A stretch of 64,000 bases of DNA from the NCBI RefSeq assembly GCF_009914755.1, contig NC_060926.1; one strand, written 5' to 3'. This DNA comes from the human T2T-CHM13v2.0 reference genome, Homo sapiens. This document shows positions 1 to 12,682 of this stretch, in pieces. The translations under genes and the position numbers were made by a program. The notes below the pieces were generated by a model that did not search any database, was not told the DNA's origin, and was given only the letters and a program-made list of their open reading frames with translations. Positions within the stretch are counted from its first letter, which is position 1; every line of letters starts with the position of its first letter.

Positions 1-772
1 AGGTCTGATTACTTCTGAATAGTTGAGACATCTGCACCTCTCGTGAAATAAGAGAAGCATTGGCAGGGGCTCATGAGAAGACTCAAGTTCCAACTCTTTG
101 ATTTCCCCCTAACTGACCCAACCTTTTGTGCTTTGCTTCTGTAAAATGAAGAGGCTGGGCAGATGAGAACTACGTTTCCTTAGAACAGATAATTATGATC
201 CAGTGTGTGAAATGCCTCATCGAAAGCCACACTGCCTATTATGAAAGCCCAAAGAACAGCATCACAACTGGATTTAGAGAAAAGAAAAGACTCAGACAAG
301 GCTTCTTGGAGGAAAGGATGCCTGACCTGAATCTTGAAGGATGAGGAGAAATTCCGCTGGGGAATGAACTGACTAATAAAGCAAAAAGCACCTTATTGAA
401 GCCATCATTTTATTTGGCTAATCAAAAAAATGTTTCAGCATCTAAACCTCAAGGAATATCTCTCCGAATTCAAACAGACTCTAATGTGTGCATTATACTC
501 TGCTTCTAGATGTATATCATGGAAATTACATTGCCCAAAACCTTTTCACAATGTAGTCACTTCTTCTCTGGAAAAAAAAATGTTTCTTTGTCTTGTTCAT
601 TCAGTTATCAAGGTCCCATCAAAGTCTTGAAAAAGACATCAGCCACCACATGCATAAGTGATGTGACTGACCACTGTATGGAACACCAAGACTTCTTGGG
701 AAAGTGAAGACCAATCAGAGAGTTTAGACAAGGGGTCATTCCACAGCTGTAATCACAGTCAACAAGAGGTGA

Positions 773-1962
<1,190 letters not shown>

Positions 1963-2189
1963 AAGAGGTGAGATAACTCTTGACTTCAAATGACTTTGGC
2001 AGTGGGATTAGGCAATGTGCTTAGGCAGCAGTCATTTCCATGTGGCTAAAGAATCCAAACAGCCACAACAATAGATTCTGAAGAGAGGAAAGTTATCTGA
2101 ATTGACCTAACTATGCAATCTCAGCAATTATGATTCCCAAGTAATTGCTAGCTCTCCTACAATTCTGTCTGTACGGTTGTTGTAAGTAG

Positions 2190-2315
2190 AGTTCATTCAT
2201 GCATTCAACAAATTCTAGTGAGTACCAACTATGTACCAGCTCTTTGTATACAATGGGGATACAGCCATAAAAGTGAGACAAAAACCTTTGACCCTGTGGA
2301 ATCTACATTCTTGTG
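2190..2315 (-). mobile_element. L2 3'-end fragment
   Basis: TTCATTCATGCATTCAACAAA...GAGTACCAACTATGTACCAG...GGGGATACAGC pattern typical of the L2 3' end. Confidence 0.65.
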
Positions 2316-2574
2316 TGCCATCCTTGTATTGAGAAAAGTACAATGAGTTTTAACTTCTATTTGATGGGACATATTGCTGCTTTGAACAGTCCCCAATGGA
2401 CATTTTGCAAAAGAGTCTGAGCCAAACCTGAGCCATCCTTTCTCCCTGTCTCTCCGTCTTATTCTCTGTCTTAGCAACACACAGCACGAGATAAAGCCAA
2501 GACAGCCTGATGCTTGTTCCTTAATGCACCCTCAGTATCAAGCCAAATGACTCCTTAAGCCTCGAAACAGATAT

Positions 2575-3030
2575 GTATGATTATATCAAGACCCTAAAGA
2601 ATGTTCATAACCTTTGAACCACTTCTGGAAATCCTAAGAAAATAGATCTAACCTTTGAAAAGAATTTAGATGCAAAAAATGTACATCACAGCTTCAATGA
2701 ACCTAGCCTCACCCCAAGACAAATTAAATGTCCAGCTATAAATGAATATATAGGTAAATTATTATTTTTACAGTAGATGAAATAAGCAGATATTAAGAAA
2801 TCTGTGATAATGTTGGAAAATACTATAAAATGTTAGGTAATTAAACAGAACTAAAAAACCATATATTCAACATAACAAGCATGTGTGAAAATCTACTAAG
2901 GAAAAAGATTTGATAGAAATTCTCTAAAACATTAATATTTAATATACTTAGATGTAATTATGAGTATTTTCTACTTTTGGGATTTTTCCATTTTTCATTA
3001 GGAAAAAATGTTTTTATAATTTAAAAAATT
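2575..3030 (+). mobile_element. Old L1M (L1ME-like) 3' fragment
   Basis: Degenerate ATAACCTTTGAACC...CTTCTGGAAATCCTAAGAAAATA...TAAATGTCCA motifs of ancient L1 3' ends. Confidence 0.45.
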
Positions 3031-3129
3031 TTTACATAATAATTTTAAGAATAAATATAGTTTTTAAAAAGCAAGAATGAGGTCGCATTTATCCAACAAG
3101 TATACAACAGTTTACTATCATACCTGAAG

Positions 3130-3345
3130 AGCCTGAGATCTGGATTCATACTGCCTGGGTTTGAACTCTGATTCCTCGTTATTGTGTGACCTTGGGCAAG
3201 GAAGTTACTTAACCTTTTCTTGCTCCAGTTTTCCACCTGCAAAATGGGCGTGCCTACCTAAATGGGTTGGTATGAGGATGAGTAAATTATTTACTCAGAG
3301 TGTTTGGCACACAGAGTGTAACACCCTGTAAGCACTCAAATAATA
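3130..3345 (+). mobile_element. MIR SINE
   Basis: MIR core GCCTGGGTTTGAA...TGTGACCTTGGGCAAG...TTACTTAACC...CTGCAAAATGGG, with tail AAGCACTCAAATAA. Confidence 0.8.
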
Positions 3346-4334
3346 ACAGATCACACACTCCAGTGGCTTCAAAGAAAGAATTCAAAAAAGAGGAAAGACA
3401 AACATCAGATCCCGATGCCTCAGGAACAAGTAGCTCAAGAGTTGTACTTCCAGTGGGCAATTTTCCCTCAGGCAGAATGAATCTCCAAGTCCTTTACTAA
3501 TATTTTAAAATTTCCTCTGAAGAAGGACAATATGTAGATATTTGTTTTATGCATAATTACTCCTTTGGGTTTTTTTTTTAAATGCACCGGTCATAATGTA
3601 TTGTGCAAAGTGCCTTTTGATTTCAAAAACAAGCCTAAAGATTACATTAATAGGATTGTCACAAAACACTAATCATTAAGATGAAATGACCTCATAAAAA
3701 TATTGCTTATGTTGCCAACATACAGTAGTTAATTTGAAGATAAAAATAATTGTTGACAAAAATCACATTTCTGTCAAATGTCTGTTCAAAAATCAGTGAA
3801 ATAAAAAACTAATCTCTTATCTCCTGTATCCAACATCCTTCTTTCTGTGCAAATTAAACCATCTAAATCTGAGTAAAATAAAATCTGTGTAAAATAAAGA
3901 ATCTTGTTCACAGCAGGCTTTTAGTAAATATTTGTTGAAAGGATACAGTTTAGTTCTTATTACTTGACAACATTTGCCTTTTAAAAAGAGTGAGAATTCA
4001 GTTAAGATTGCATAAATATTAAATCTTGACCAATAAAGAAGATTCAGAGGATAAGAGGAAATTAAGAAAGACAGTTTGAAATCCGTCTCTGACACCTTCT
4101 TCTCTCGAAATGAGGCATCACTTTCTCTTTACGAGACAGATTATGCCAGAGGCATTCTTTATCCTAATTTCTAATCCAAACTTCCTTGATCTTTTGACCC
4201 TAGGAATCTTCTACTCAAAATAAGGCAAAACCTTCAAGGTTTTGATTTCGTTTGATAACTTTTCTCTGTTTATGGGCTCTGTTCTCTTCTTGCATAGAAT
4301 ATCTGCCTACTTAAAACGGCTAAAAGGTCTTAAA

Positions 4335-4530
4335 CCTCAGAGATTCACAAGCTCAGATTTGCATCTTAGCGGGCACCAGCTGTATTGTCTTCTTTCAGTC
4401 CCATAACCTTACTCAGCCTCAGTTTCTTTGTAAAGTGGACATAATAAATATCTCTCAAAAGGTTACAACAGAGTTAAGTGAGACCATAGATACTAAACGA
4501 TTGGGCATGGTAGGCAATTTAACAATGTGT
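4335..4530 (+). mobile_element. MIR SINE (degenerate)
   Basis: AACCTT...AGCCTCAGTTTC...TGTAAAGTGG...ATAATAA core. Confidence 0.6.
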
Positions 4531-5403
4531 TCGTTCTTCCCTTTCCCTGTGAGACTTTACTGAGGCTGGACAGTCTTTCTCTGAACCCTGACATCCCTTG
4601 GTCTCTTTCCTGTCTTTCCTTCCCAGAGCAGAAAGCAAAGTTCTCCTGAACCCGGATTTTTTAAATCTAGAAGAACATTTGAGCTGTAAGTTACCCACTC
4701 ACATTTCAAGTCCCAGGGAAATTGGAAAGGTAGATGAATTGGTGGTGTGCTTGGTCCCTTTTGGGAGGGGCCTAAGAAGCGGGGACCCTCGCTTGAGTCA
4801 GTGGGATCTCACTATATTCTCTTCCCCATCTGTGAAGTCTGGATTTGGGCTCTACCCACCTTCCTCCTTAGACCTGCAAAGACTAAATCAATGAGAACCT
4901 CTGAGCTGAGTTTCCCTCGGGAGATGCCAAACGCGTAAGACTCTCCCAAGATCCCAGAACTAATCTGTCCCCACCCTGCAAGGAAAAGGTGAAGGAAGAA
5001 AGGGAAGCGGGGCGGGACGCGATATGCCACAGGTAACCGCCGCCTGCGCGCAGTTAAGGAACAGTCCTGTCCAATAGGTCTCCCCAACCTGAGCTTTCCA
5101 GGTCGCCTCCCGCCCGCAGGACCTCTTTCTCTCGAGCAGCCAGAGGATTTGGAGCTGCTGAGAGCGGATGAGGTCCTGGGGGAGTGAAGGCGGCGTCTGT
5201 GCCGCAGCCGCTTGTCAACTCTCTAGCGTCCAAGCCCCGGCCCCGGCCCCCGCCAGGTGCGCCAGGCAGGCTGGCCTCCGCGTTCCTCACAGCGCCCCAC
5301 GCTGCCTCCTTGGCGTTCCTCGGTGCGCGCTCCACGCTGCGCTCCTGGACGCCGGGAGCAGGGCAGTGCGCTGCACTGGGCGCCCGCAGGGGAAAAACGC
5401 TAC

Positions 5404-5684
5404 CTGTGGAAGTAATGTACGCAGAAGAGGCCCAGAAGTACCGTCCCAGGTGGCCCGAAGAGGGAGAGGGGCTGCCGGGCGAGGATCCCCGCGGGCACCG
5501 CGAAGGAAGGCAGCTCCTGCAGGAACCAGGCGGCGCGGGCTGGCAGGCGGGTAGCCGCCGGCTTCAGGCTCTCCGTGTGCTTCCCGTAGCCGGAGGGCTT
5601 CGCGACGTACAAGGCCAGTGCCCCAAGGGCGACCAAAGTGGCGCTGCCTGCCAGCACTGGGCTCTGCTGGCACTGAACCTGCAT
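5404..5684 (-). CDS. SRD5A2: SRD5A2 coding exon 1 (steroid 5-alpha-reductase 2, codons 1-94 partial)
   Basis: Minus-strand translation MQVQCQQSPVLAGSATLVALGALALYVAKPSGYGKHTESLKPAATRLPARAAWFLQELPSFAVPAGILARQPLSLFGPPGTVLLGLFCVHYFHR matches the human SRD5A2 N-terminus. ATG is at 5684-5682. The 281 coding nt end at a CAG|GTAG donor (GT at 5403-5402). Later exons lie to the left of the window. Confidence 0.98.
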
Positions 5685-5810
5685 CGCGCCGTGTTCCTCG
5701 CCGGTGGCCGCTGCCCTCCCAGAAGAGAGCGCGGCCCCCGCAACCGCTTTATGGAGCGCCAGACGCCACCCGTGTCCGCCCCCTCGGCCTTGGCTCCCGC
5801 CCCTCCATCC
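5685..5810 (-). promoter_or_regulatory. SRD5A2: SRD5A2 5'UTR and core promoter
   Basis: On the minus strand: TATA-like CATAAA at 5753-5748 and GGGCGG GC boxes at 5781-5776 and 5802-5797, directly upstream of the ATG. Confidence 0.8.
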
Positions 5811-6659
5811 TGCCTCCCACCTCGCCGCGTCCAGCCCTGGCGCGGCTTCGCAGCAATACCCCTTTCTCAAGGATGCAGCCGCGGTGGCCGGAGGAGAACG
5901 AAGGCCTTCTTAGTTCGCCCGCCCTCTCCACGGCTTTACATTCACCTCCCGCTTAGGCTGTCCTTCCATGACTTGTTCCTCAACTATTAGCGTCTGATGC
6001 GGCAACTTCTGGAACTAAGACACGGGAAGAAAACCCCACGGGGACGATTCAGCTGGGGTGGTTCTTCCGCCCCAACACACACCCTCTGTGCCGTCGGTCA
6101 CCACGCAGTCCCACCCTCGAACACCCAAGCCAAGGTCTTTCCATCTCCTCCGGTTCCTCATGCACTTTCACTCCCTCACAGCTCCCACCCAACATAGGAC
6201 CTTCCTTGGACCCTGAACCATCCTGGCTCTCTGAGCGTCTGCCAGCCCTTCTGCTCTGGGGCGCCGCGCTCCTTAGCCACTCTCAGCATCAGTGCCAGCT
6301 CTGCCCCACCACACGCCCCCGGCAGGTACCAGTCTCTCCCGGCCCTAATTCCTCAGCGGTTTCTCTCTGCATCCCCGCACGCGTCCCTGAGCCGCCTGCC
6401 TGGGTCAGAGAGGAGCGTCCGCTGAGCTCGGGTGATCATGCACAGATTGGGGCCAGAAGTCGAGATTCTGCGCGTCCTCTCCCGCCACCCCACTCCCGGT
6501 CCCCTAGAGTGGCCCAGACTCAGGCTAAAGTCTAGGGCTTCTTTCCTGGGATGCCCTTTCCCAGCTCCTAGAGCCAATGAGCCGTGGCCCATCAGGTGGT
6601 GGCCTGGCGACCCCGCTGTTCTCTGAACTCCTGTCTAGCCGTCATACACGCAGACGCGG

Positions 6660-7050
6660 TTCTTTCTCTCTTCCGTTTCCCACCTTTATGTTATCCTCCA
6701 GCCCCTCCGTCTTCTACCTCTTCCGTTCTATGATTCAGCTTCCAGGCTTTCTTGGCTGCCTCCTCCTCTGTTTCCCAACCCTTCTTTTCTTCTCTTCCTT
6801 CTTTCTTCGACCCGGCTTTCTCCTTTAGGTTGACCTCCTCTTCCCACCTGCTGTTTACCTCATTCTTTCATCTTCCTGTCCCATCTCCCTTGATTACTTT
6901 ATCCCTGTTTTCTCCTCTGGTCCCTACTTGGGGCTCCACCCCAGTCCTTCTCATTTTTCACTCTTCCCTTACTTTGGAGGTCTCTTCTCTTCCTTCCCCT
7001 TCAACTCACGCCTCCCAGGAGCCCCATTCAGTGTATCTCCATCCACTTCT
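6660..7050. repeat. Pyrimidine-rich low-complexity tract
   Basis: Strong C/T bias on the plus strand, with TTC/TCC iterations. Confidence 0.6.
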
Positions 7051-7834
7051 GCTGGATCAGGCCAGCTGGTCCAATGACAGACACAACCCCTCATCTGCTC
7101 CCGTTTGGGGTGTCTCCTGATTCTTGGCACACATGGTATATGGTGATGCTTTAGCACTACAGGGCACCCTCTGCTTGCTGACCAAGAGTCGTTTATCATA
7201 TTCCCATTGGGTTATAATTAATGCTAATCATACTTCAGTTTTTAATTGATCACCACTTTGGAATCACTCATACTGACCGAAGCATTTTTCATGGAAAAGC
7301 CAGGTCTTAGCCATCATAGCCGTTTCAAGCTTTTTTTGCACTGGCTTTAGAGTACAAGTCCAGTCCCAGCTTCCTCAGCTACAACCTGCTTGTTGAAGAT
7401 GCCCAAATCTAGATTGCCAGCAAAGATATGAGCTTTAGCTCTGCGTTTTCTCCCTGCTGGAAAACTCCACTTACATGTCCTTCAGAGACCTCAAAACCAG
7501 CCCTACCCAAAACTAAACCCAGTTATTTTTCCCTCCACCCACTTGGACCCAAATTCTCCTTCTATGTTCCTGAGTGTTACCTCTTCCCTGTCCTCAATTG
7601 CCATAGCCTCCCTAGGAAGCTGGCTCATAGACTCAGTAAACAATAGATTTCATGACACCATACAGCATTAGGAGAACAGGCAGTGCACTATTTCAAACCC
7701 AGCTCAATGGAATATTTTTTTTAAATGAAATGTCTTCTGTCTCAATTTCTTCCTCTCTTTTCTTCCGACTCTGCCCACTTTTTGTCCTCATGATCTTTTC
7801 TCCACTATTATAACAATTAGCTTGATAAAACCAG

Positions 7835-8245
7835 TCATCTTCAGCTTATGCATCTGTGGGTTGGCTGTGGGTCAGAAATCTGGGCTGGGCTTGACTTATC
7901 TTAACAATATTCACTCATTCATCTGTGTAACAAGTTAGAGCCCAGCTCCAGGCTGTGTTTGGATGGAGAAACTTAGCTGAGGCTCTCATCCTGGGATGAG
8001 TGAGCTAGCTCCACCACGTCTATATAATGTTAATAACAAAAGTACGAGAGTAGAAGAAACACACAAGGCCTCTTCAGGCTCAGGCCAAGAACAAGCACAC
8101 CCTTACTTCCTATTTATTGTATTGGCCAAATCAAGTCATATGGTGGATTCTAGAGCCAAAGTGAGAGACTATTTGTAAAGTTACATGGTAAAGGGCAGGG
8201 ATATAGTGGGAGGTAGAAAATTGGAACCAATAATGCAACTGGTCT
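7835..8245 (-). mobile_element. MLT1-family (ERVL-MaLR) LTR, degenerate
   Basis: TCTGTGGGT...TTGGCCAAATCAAGTCATATGG...GTAAAGTTACATGGTAAAGGGCAGGGATA motifs typical of old MLT1 LTRs. Confidence 0.55.
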
Positions 8246-8524
8246 GTATTACATGCAAGAAGAAAGTGCCCAATTATAAATATACAGCTTGGTTGATTTG
8301 CACAAACTGAACACCCTCTTGCAAGCTGCACCTAGGTCAAGATACAGATTATCAGCATATCAGGATCTGTGCTCCTGCCTCCTTACATCCTCCTTCCAGG
8401 AAAAAAAAAAAAAAAGCAAAAAAAAAAAACACCACTACCCTGACTTCTAACACCATAAGTTAATTTTGTCTGCTTTTGAATTTCGGGTAAGTGGAATCAT
8501 ACAGTACTTACTCTTTTTAATCAA

Positions 8525-8975
8525 TGTGGTAACATATGCAGACACAGAAATGACTATCGTGAAGGAAAAGGTTTATATCGACAGATCCCTACAAACAGAA
8601 GACACAGCACACCACCCAAGACCACATGGAGAAGCACCAGTGTTAGGAGGCAGCCGGAGTGAGGGGTCAAGGTGGGCAAGAGCCTTTACTGTAGTTTCTG
8701 CAGGAAAGAGTGGGCATGACAAGGTAATCAGGCTTAGGATTAGCTCGTTTGAATACTTTTAGCAGGCTCTGGGGTACAGCGGCTGTCTTTACTTTTCTGT
8801 TACCTGGACCTGGCTGATTAGGGCAGGAGAATAGTGGCCCAGGGTGTAGAGTCCTGATAAAGGAAGTGGTTGGGGAACGTATGAGCCCTGAATTAGTTGG
8901 TTTGCATATGAAAGATGTGTTAGAGTCATTTATAATCTCCAGGAAACAGCTAGCTGGGAGATCCCAGAAGGCCAT
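8525..8975. mobile_element. Probable old LTR element (family not assigned)
   Basis: Begins with TG and resembles ERVL-type MER LTRs from memory. I cannot name it confidently. Confidence 0.35.
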
Positions 8976-9184
8976 GGTTTAGTAGTAGAAATGATCTACA
9001 GAGTATTGGAATTAGGTAGAATAAAAGCTATCTTCTTAACAAAACATAAAATCAATCCCCCAAAGGATCAAGATGACTCACAAGTAACCTAACACAGTCC
9101 AACACTGTTTAAAGGAAGTCAATTAAATCCAGACAAGTAAGAATATAGCCTTTACAATATCCAGCATTCCTAAAATTACTAGGC

Positions 9185-9479
9185 ATGTTACATCAACTTT
9201 TGACAACAACTACTAGAGTTGAGCCAAACTTCAAAAGTTAAGGACATGGTCCTCCATAACACTGTCCTTACTTCAGACATCAGCTGCAAGTTCAAGGTTA
9301 CGTAAGCTACCTATACTTCTAAACAGCTGGCTACCATATTTAGGAATCCCCACTAACCCTTCAAGCTTGATAATTCACTAAAAAAAATTAAAGAACTCTG
9401 GAAAGCACTATACTTACAACTACAGTTTTATTATAGCAAAAATATCCAAACAGAACTAGCCAAAAGAAGAGATGTATAG
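9185..9479. mobile_element. MER21-like LTR, left part (continues at 31202)
   Basis: ACTTCAGACATCAGCTGCAAGTTC...TTGATAATTCACTA...ACTATACTTACAACTACAGTTTTATTATAGCAAAA is MER21-like and is interrupted at the L1 start. Confidence 0.65.
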
Positions 9480-10771
9480 TACTATGGGAGGTGGAGCAAG
9501 ATGGTGGAATAGAAGGCTCCACTGATTGTTTCCCCAACAAGGACACCAATTTAACAACTATCTGTGCAAGCAAAGCTCCTTCACAAGAACCAAAACTCAA
9601 GTGAGCACTTGCAGTACCTGCTTTTAACTTTGTGTTGCTGAAAAAGGCACTGAAAAGGTTGCAGAAGGAGTCTTGAAGCACTGAAGCCACCCCTCCATCA
9701 CACCCTGGCAGCTGTGGTGTGGTGCAAAGAGCATTTTCGTGCACTGGGTGAGGGAGAACACATCAATGGTGAGGCATTAAACTCAGTGTTGTCCTGTTAC
9801 AGCAAAAAGGAAAGCCAGACAAAGTTCAGCTGATGCCCACACATAAAGGGAGCATTCAAACCAGTCCCAGCCAAAGGGGAATCACTAATTCCAGCAGTCA
9901 GAATTTCAGTTCCCACAAACCTCACCACTGAGGGCTGAAGTGCTCTGGATCTCTGACTAAACCTGAAAGGCAGTTTAGGCCAAAAGAACTGCAATTCTTA
10001 GACAAGTCCTAGTACTGAACTAGGGCCAGAGACAGTGGACTGAGGGGTGCAAAATATACTGAGACACCAGCTGGGGCAGCCAAGGGAGTGCTGGCATCAC
10101 CCCTCCCCAATCCCAGGCTGCACAACTCACAACTCTAAAAGAGACCCCTTCCTGCTGCTTGAGAAGAGGAGAGGAAAGAGTTGAGGAGGACTCTGCCTTG
10201 CATCTTGGATACCAGCTCAGCCACAACAGATATGGCACCAGTCAGAATAATGAGGTCCCTGTTCCAGGCCCTAGCTTCCAGGTGACATTCCTAGAAACAC
10301 CCTGGGCCAGAAGGGAACCCACTGCTTTGAAGGGAAAGACCCAGTCATGGCAGCGTTCATCACCTGCTAGCTGAAAAGCCCTTTGGCTCTGAATAACCAG
10401 CAGTGATACCCAGATACTACATCAAGGGCCTTGGGTGAGCCTCTGAGACTAGCTGGTTTCAGGTACTGGCTCAGCCACAGGGAGGTAAAGCACCAAGCAA
10501 GCTCTTGGGGGCCCTTGATTCCAAGAGTTGACTCTTCAACAGCATTTCTAGACCTTTCCTGGGCCACAGGGAAGCCCACTGCCCCAAAGAGTGAGTCCCA
10601 GGCCAGGCAGCAGTCACCACCAGCTGACTTAATAGCCTTTCTGCCTTAAATGAATACCAGTGATAATCCAGCAGTACTTCTTGTGGGCTGTGGAGTGAGG
10701 CTCCTCTGCCTTTGGACAGGGGAGGAAAGAGTGGGAAAGACTGTGTTTTGTGGTTTGAGTGCCAGCTCAGT

Positions 10772-10974
10772 GTTTTTGTTTATTCATTTTATTATTATTT
10801 ATTATTATTATTATTTCAATAGGTTTTTGGGGAACAGGTGGTGTTTGGTTACACAGATAAGTTCTTAGTGGTGATTTCTGAGATTTTGGTGCCCATCACC
10901 CAAGCGGTGTACGCCGTACCCAATGTGTAGTCTTTTATCCCCTACTCCCCTCCCACACTTTCCCCCGAGTCCCC
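10772..10974 (-). mobile_element. Short L1PB-type 3' end inserted in the L1MA 5'UTR
   Basis: TTATTTCAATAGGTTTTTGGGGAACAGGTGGTGTTTGGTTAC with a (TTA)n tail. CCAGCTCA is repeated at both flanks (10762-10769, 10975-10982). Confidence 0.75.
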
Positions 10975-11815
10975 CCAGCTCAATTTTAATACAATAGAAT
11001 GCCAGGTAGACTTCAAAGGTTTTTTACTCTAGTCCCTGACTCCTAGACAACATCTCTGGACCCACCTGGGGCTTGGGGGAACTTGCCACCCTGAAGGGAA
11101 GGGCACAGACCTGGATGGCTTTTCCACCTGTTTATTGTAGAGCCCCAAGGCCTTGAGCAAACATAGGCAGTGGCCAGGGAGTGGTTACAGCAGGGAAGAC
11201 CCAGTGTTGTGCTGGCTTCAAGTCTGGCTGAGCACAGTCATAGTGGTGGTGTCCTCCGGGGTGCTGGTTTCACTCCACTCCTAGCTTCAGGTGTCTCAGA
11301 ACTGACAGAGGGACTCTGTTTGGGAGAAAGTAAGGAAAGAAAATAAGAGTATCTGCCTGGTAATCCAGAGAATTATCCTGGATCTTGTCCAAGACCATCA
11401 AAGCAGTACATCTAGAAACTGCAAGAACCATAGCATTACTGGGATTGTGGTACCCTCTAAAGCAGATACAGCATAGATCAAAATACTCCGGTCTTTTCAA
11501 ATATCTGAAAATCCATCCCAAGGAGGACAGGAACAAAAAAACACAGACAGTGAAGACTACAATAAATCCTAACACCAAAGAACATTTACAAGTATCAAGA
11601 TAATCCAGGAAAACATGACTTCACCAAATGAACTAAGTAAGGCACCATGGACCAATCCTGGAGAAACAAGACATAGGACCATTCAGACAGAGAATTCAAA
11701 ATAGCTGCTTTGAGAAATCTCAAAGAAATTAAAGATAACACATAGGAGAAATTCAGAATTCTATCAGATAAATTTAACAAAGAGATTAAAATACTTTAAA
11801 AGAATCAAACAGAAA

Positions 11816-12682
11816 CTCCATCAAAAAGTGGATGAAGGATATGAAAAGATACTCCCCAAAAGAAGACATTTATGCGGCCAACAAACATATGAAAAAAAGC
11901 TCATCATCACTGATCATTACAGAAACGCAAATCAAAACCACAATAAGATACCATCTCATTGGTATCTCATCACCGTTAGAATGCTGATCATTAAAAAGTC
12001 AGGAAACAACAGATGCTGGCAAAGCTGTGGAGAAATAGGAATGCTTTTACATTGTTGGTGGGAGTGTAAATTAGTTCAACCATTGTGGAAGACAGTGTGG
12101 TGATTCCTTAAGGATCTAGAACCAGAAATACCATTTGACCCAGCAATCCCATTACTGGGTATGTACCCAAAGGATCATAATTCATTCTACTATAAAGACA
12201 CATGCACACATGTTTATGGCAGCACTATTTACAATAGCAAAGTCATGGAACCCGAATGCCCATCAATGGTAGACTGGATAAGGAAAATGTGGCACATATA
12301 CACAATGGAATACTATGCAGCCATAAAAAAAATGAGTTCATGTCCTTTGCAGGGACATGGATGAAGCTGTAAGCCATCATTCTCAGCAAACAAACACAGG
12401 AACAGAAAATCAAACACCCCATGTTCTCACTCATAAGTGGCAGTTGAACAATGAGAACACATGGATACAGGGAGGGGAACATTATACACCAGGACCTGTC
12501 AAGGGGTTGGAGTCAAGGGGAGGGAGAGCGTTAGGACAAATACCAAATGCATGTGGGGCTTAAAACCTAGATGACGGGTTGAAGGTGCAGCAAACTACCA
12601 TGGCACATGTATACCTATGTAACAAACCTGTATGTTCTGCACATGTATCCCAGAACTTAAAGTAGAATTTTTAAAAATTTTA
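11816..12682 (+). mobile_element. 5'-truncated L1PA (PA7/8-like)
   Basis: ORF2 end plus 3'UTR (GGGGCTTAAAACCTAGATGACGGGTTGA). Perfect 18-bp TSD AAAAGAATCAAACAGAAA at 11798-11815 and 12683-12700. Confidence 0.88.

Larger units (their letters stand above)
5005..6660. promoter_or_regulatory. CpG island over the SRD5A2 promoter and exon 1
   Basis: Sharp rise in GC and CpG density relative to the AT-rich, CpG-poor flanks. Densest at about 5000-5930. Edges judged by eye. Confidence 0.85.

Noticed and set aside
5685-5870. 62-codon in-frame N-terminal extension of SRD5A2 in the ORF track
   Set aside because: It starts at TTG, upstream of the TATA-like box and the likely transcription start. The known protein starts at ATG 5684.
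5184-5990. 268-aa plus-strand ORF antisense to SRD5A2 exon 1, and other overlapping ORFs in 5054-6626
   Set aside because: Low-complexity Pro/Arg/Ala/Gly translation with no recognisable domain. Long stop-free frames are expected in a CpG island opposite a real exon.
6660-7050. Polypyrimidine tract as an H-DNA or regulatory element
   Set aside because: No clear long mirror repeat was seen, and it is consistent with ordinary low-complexity sequence.
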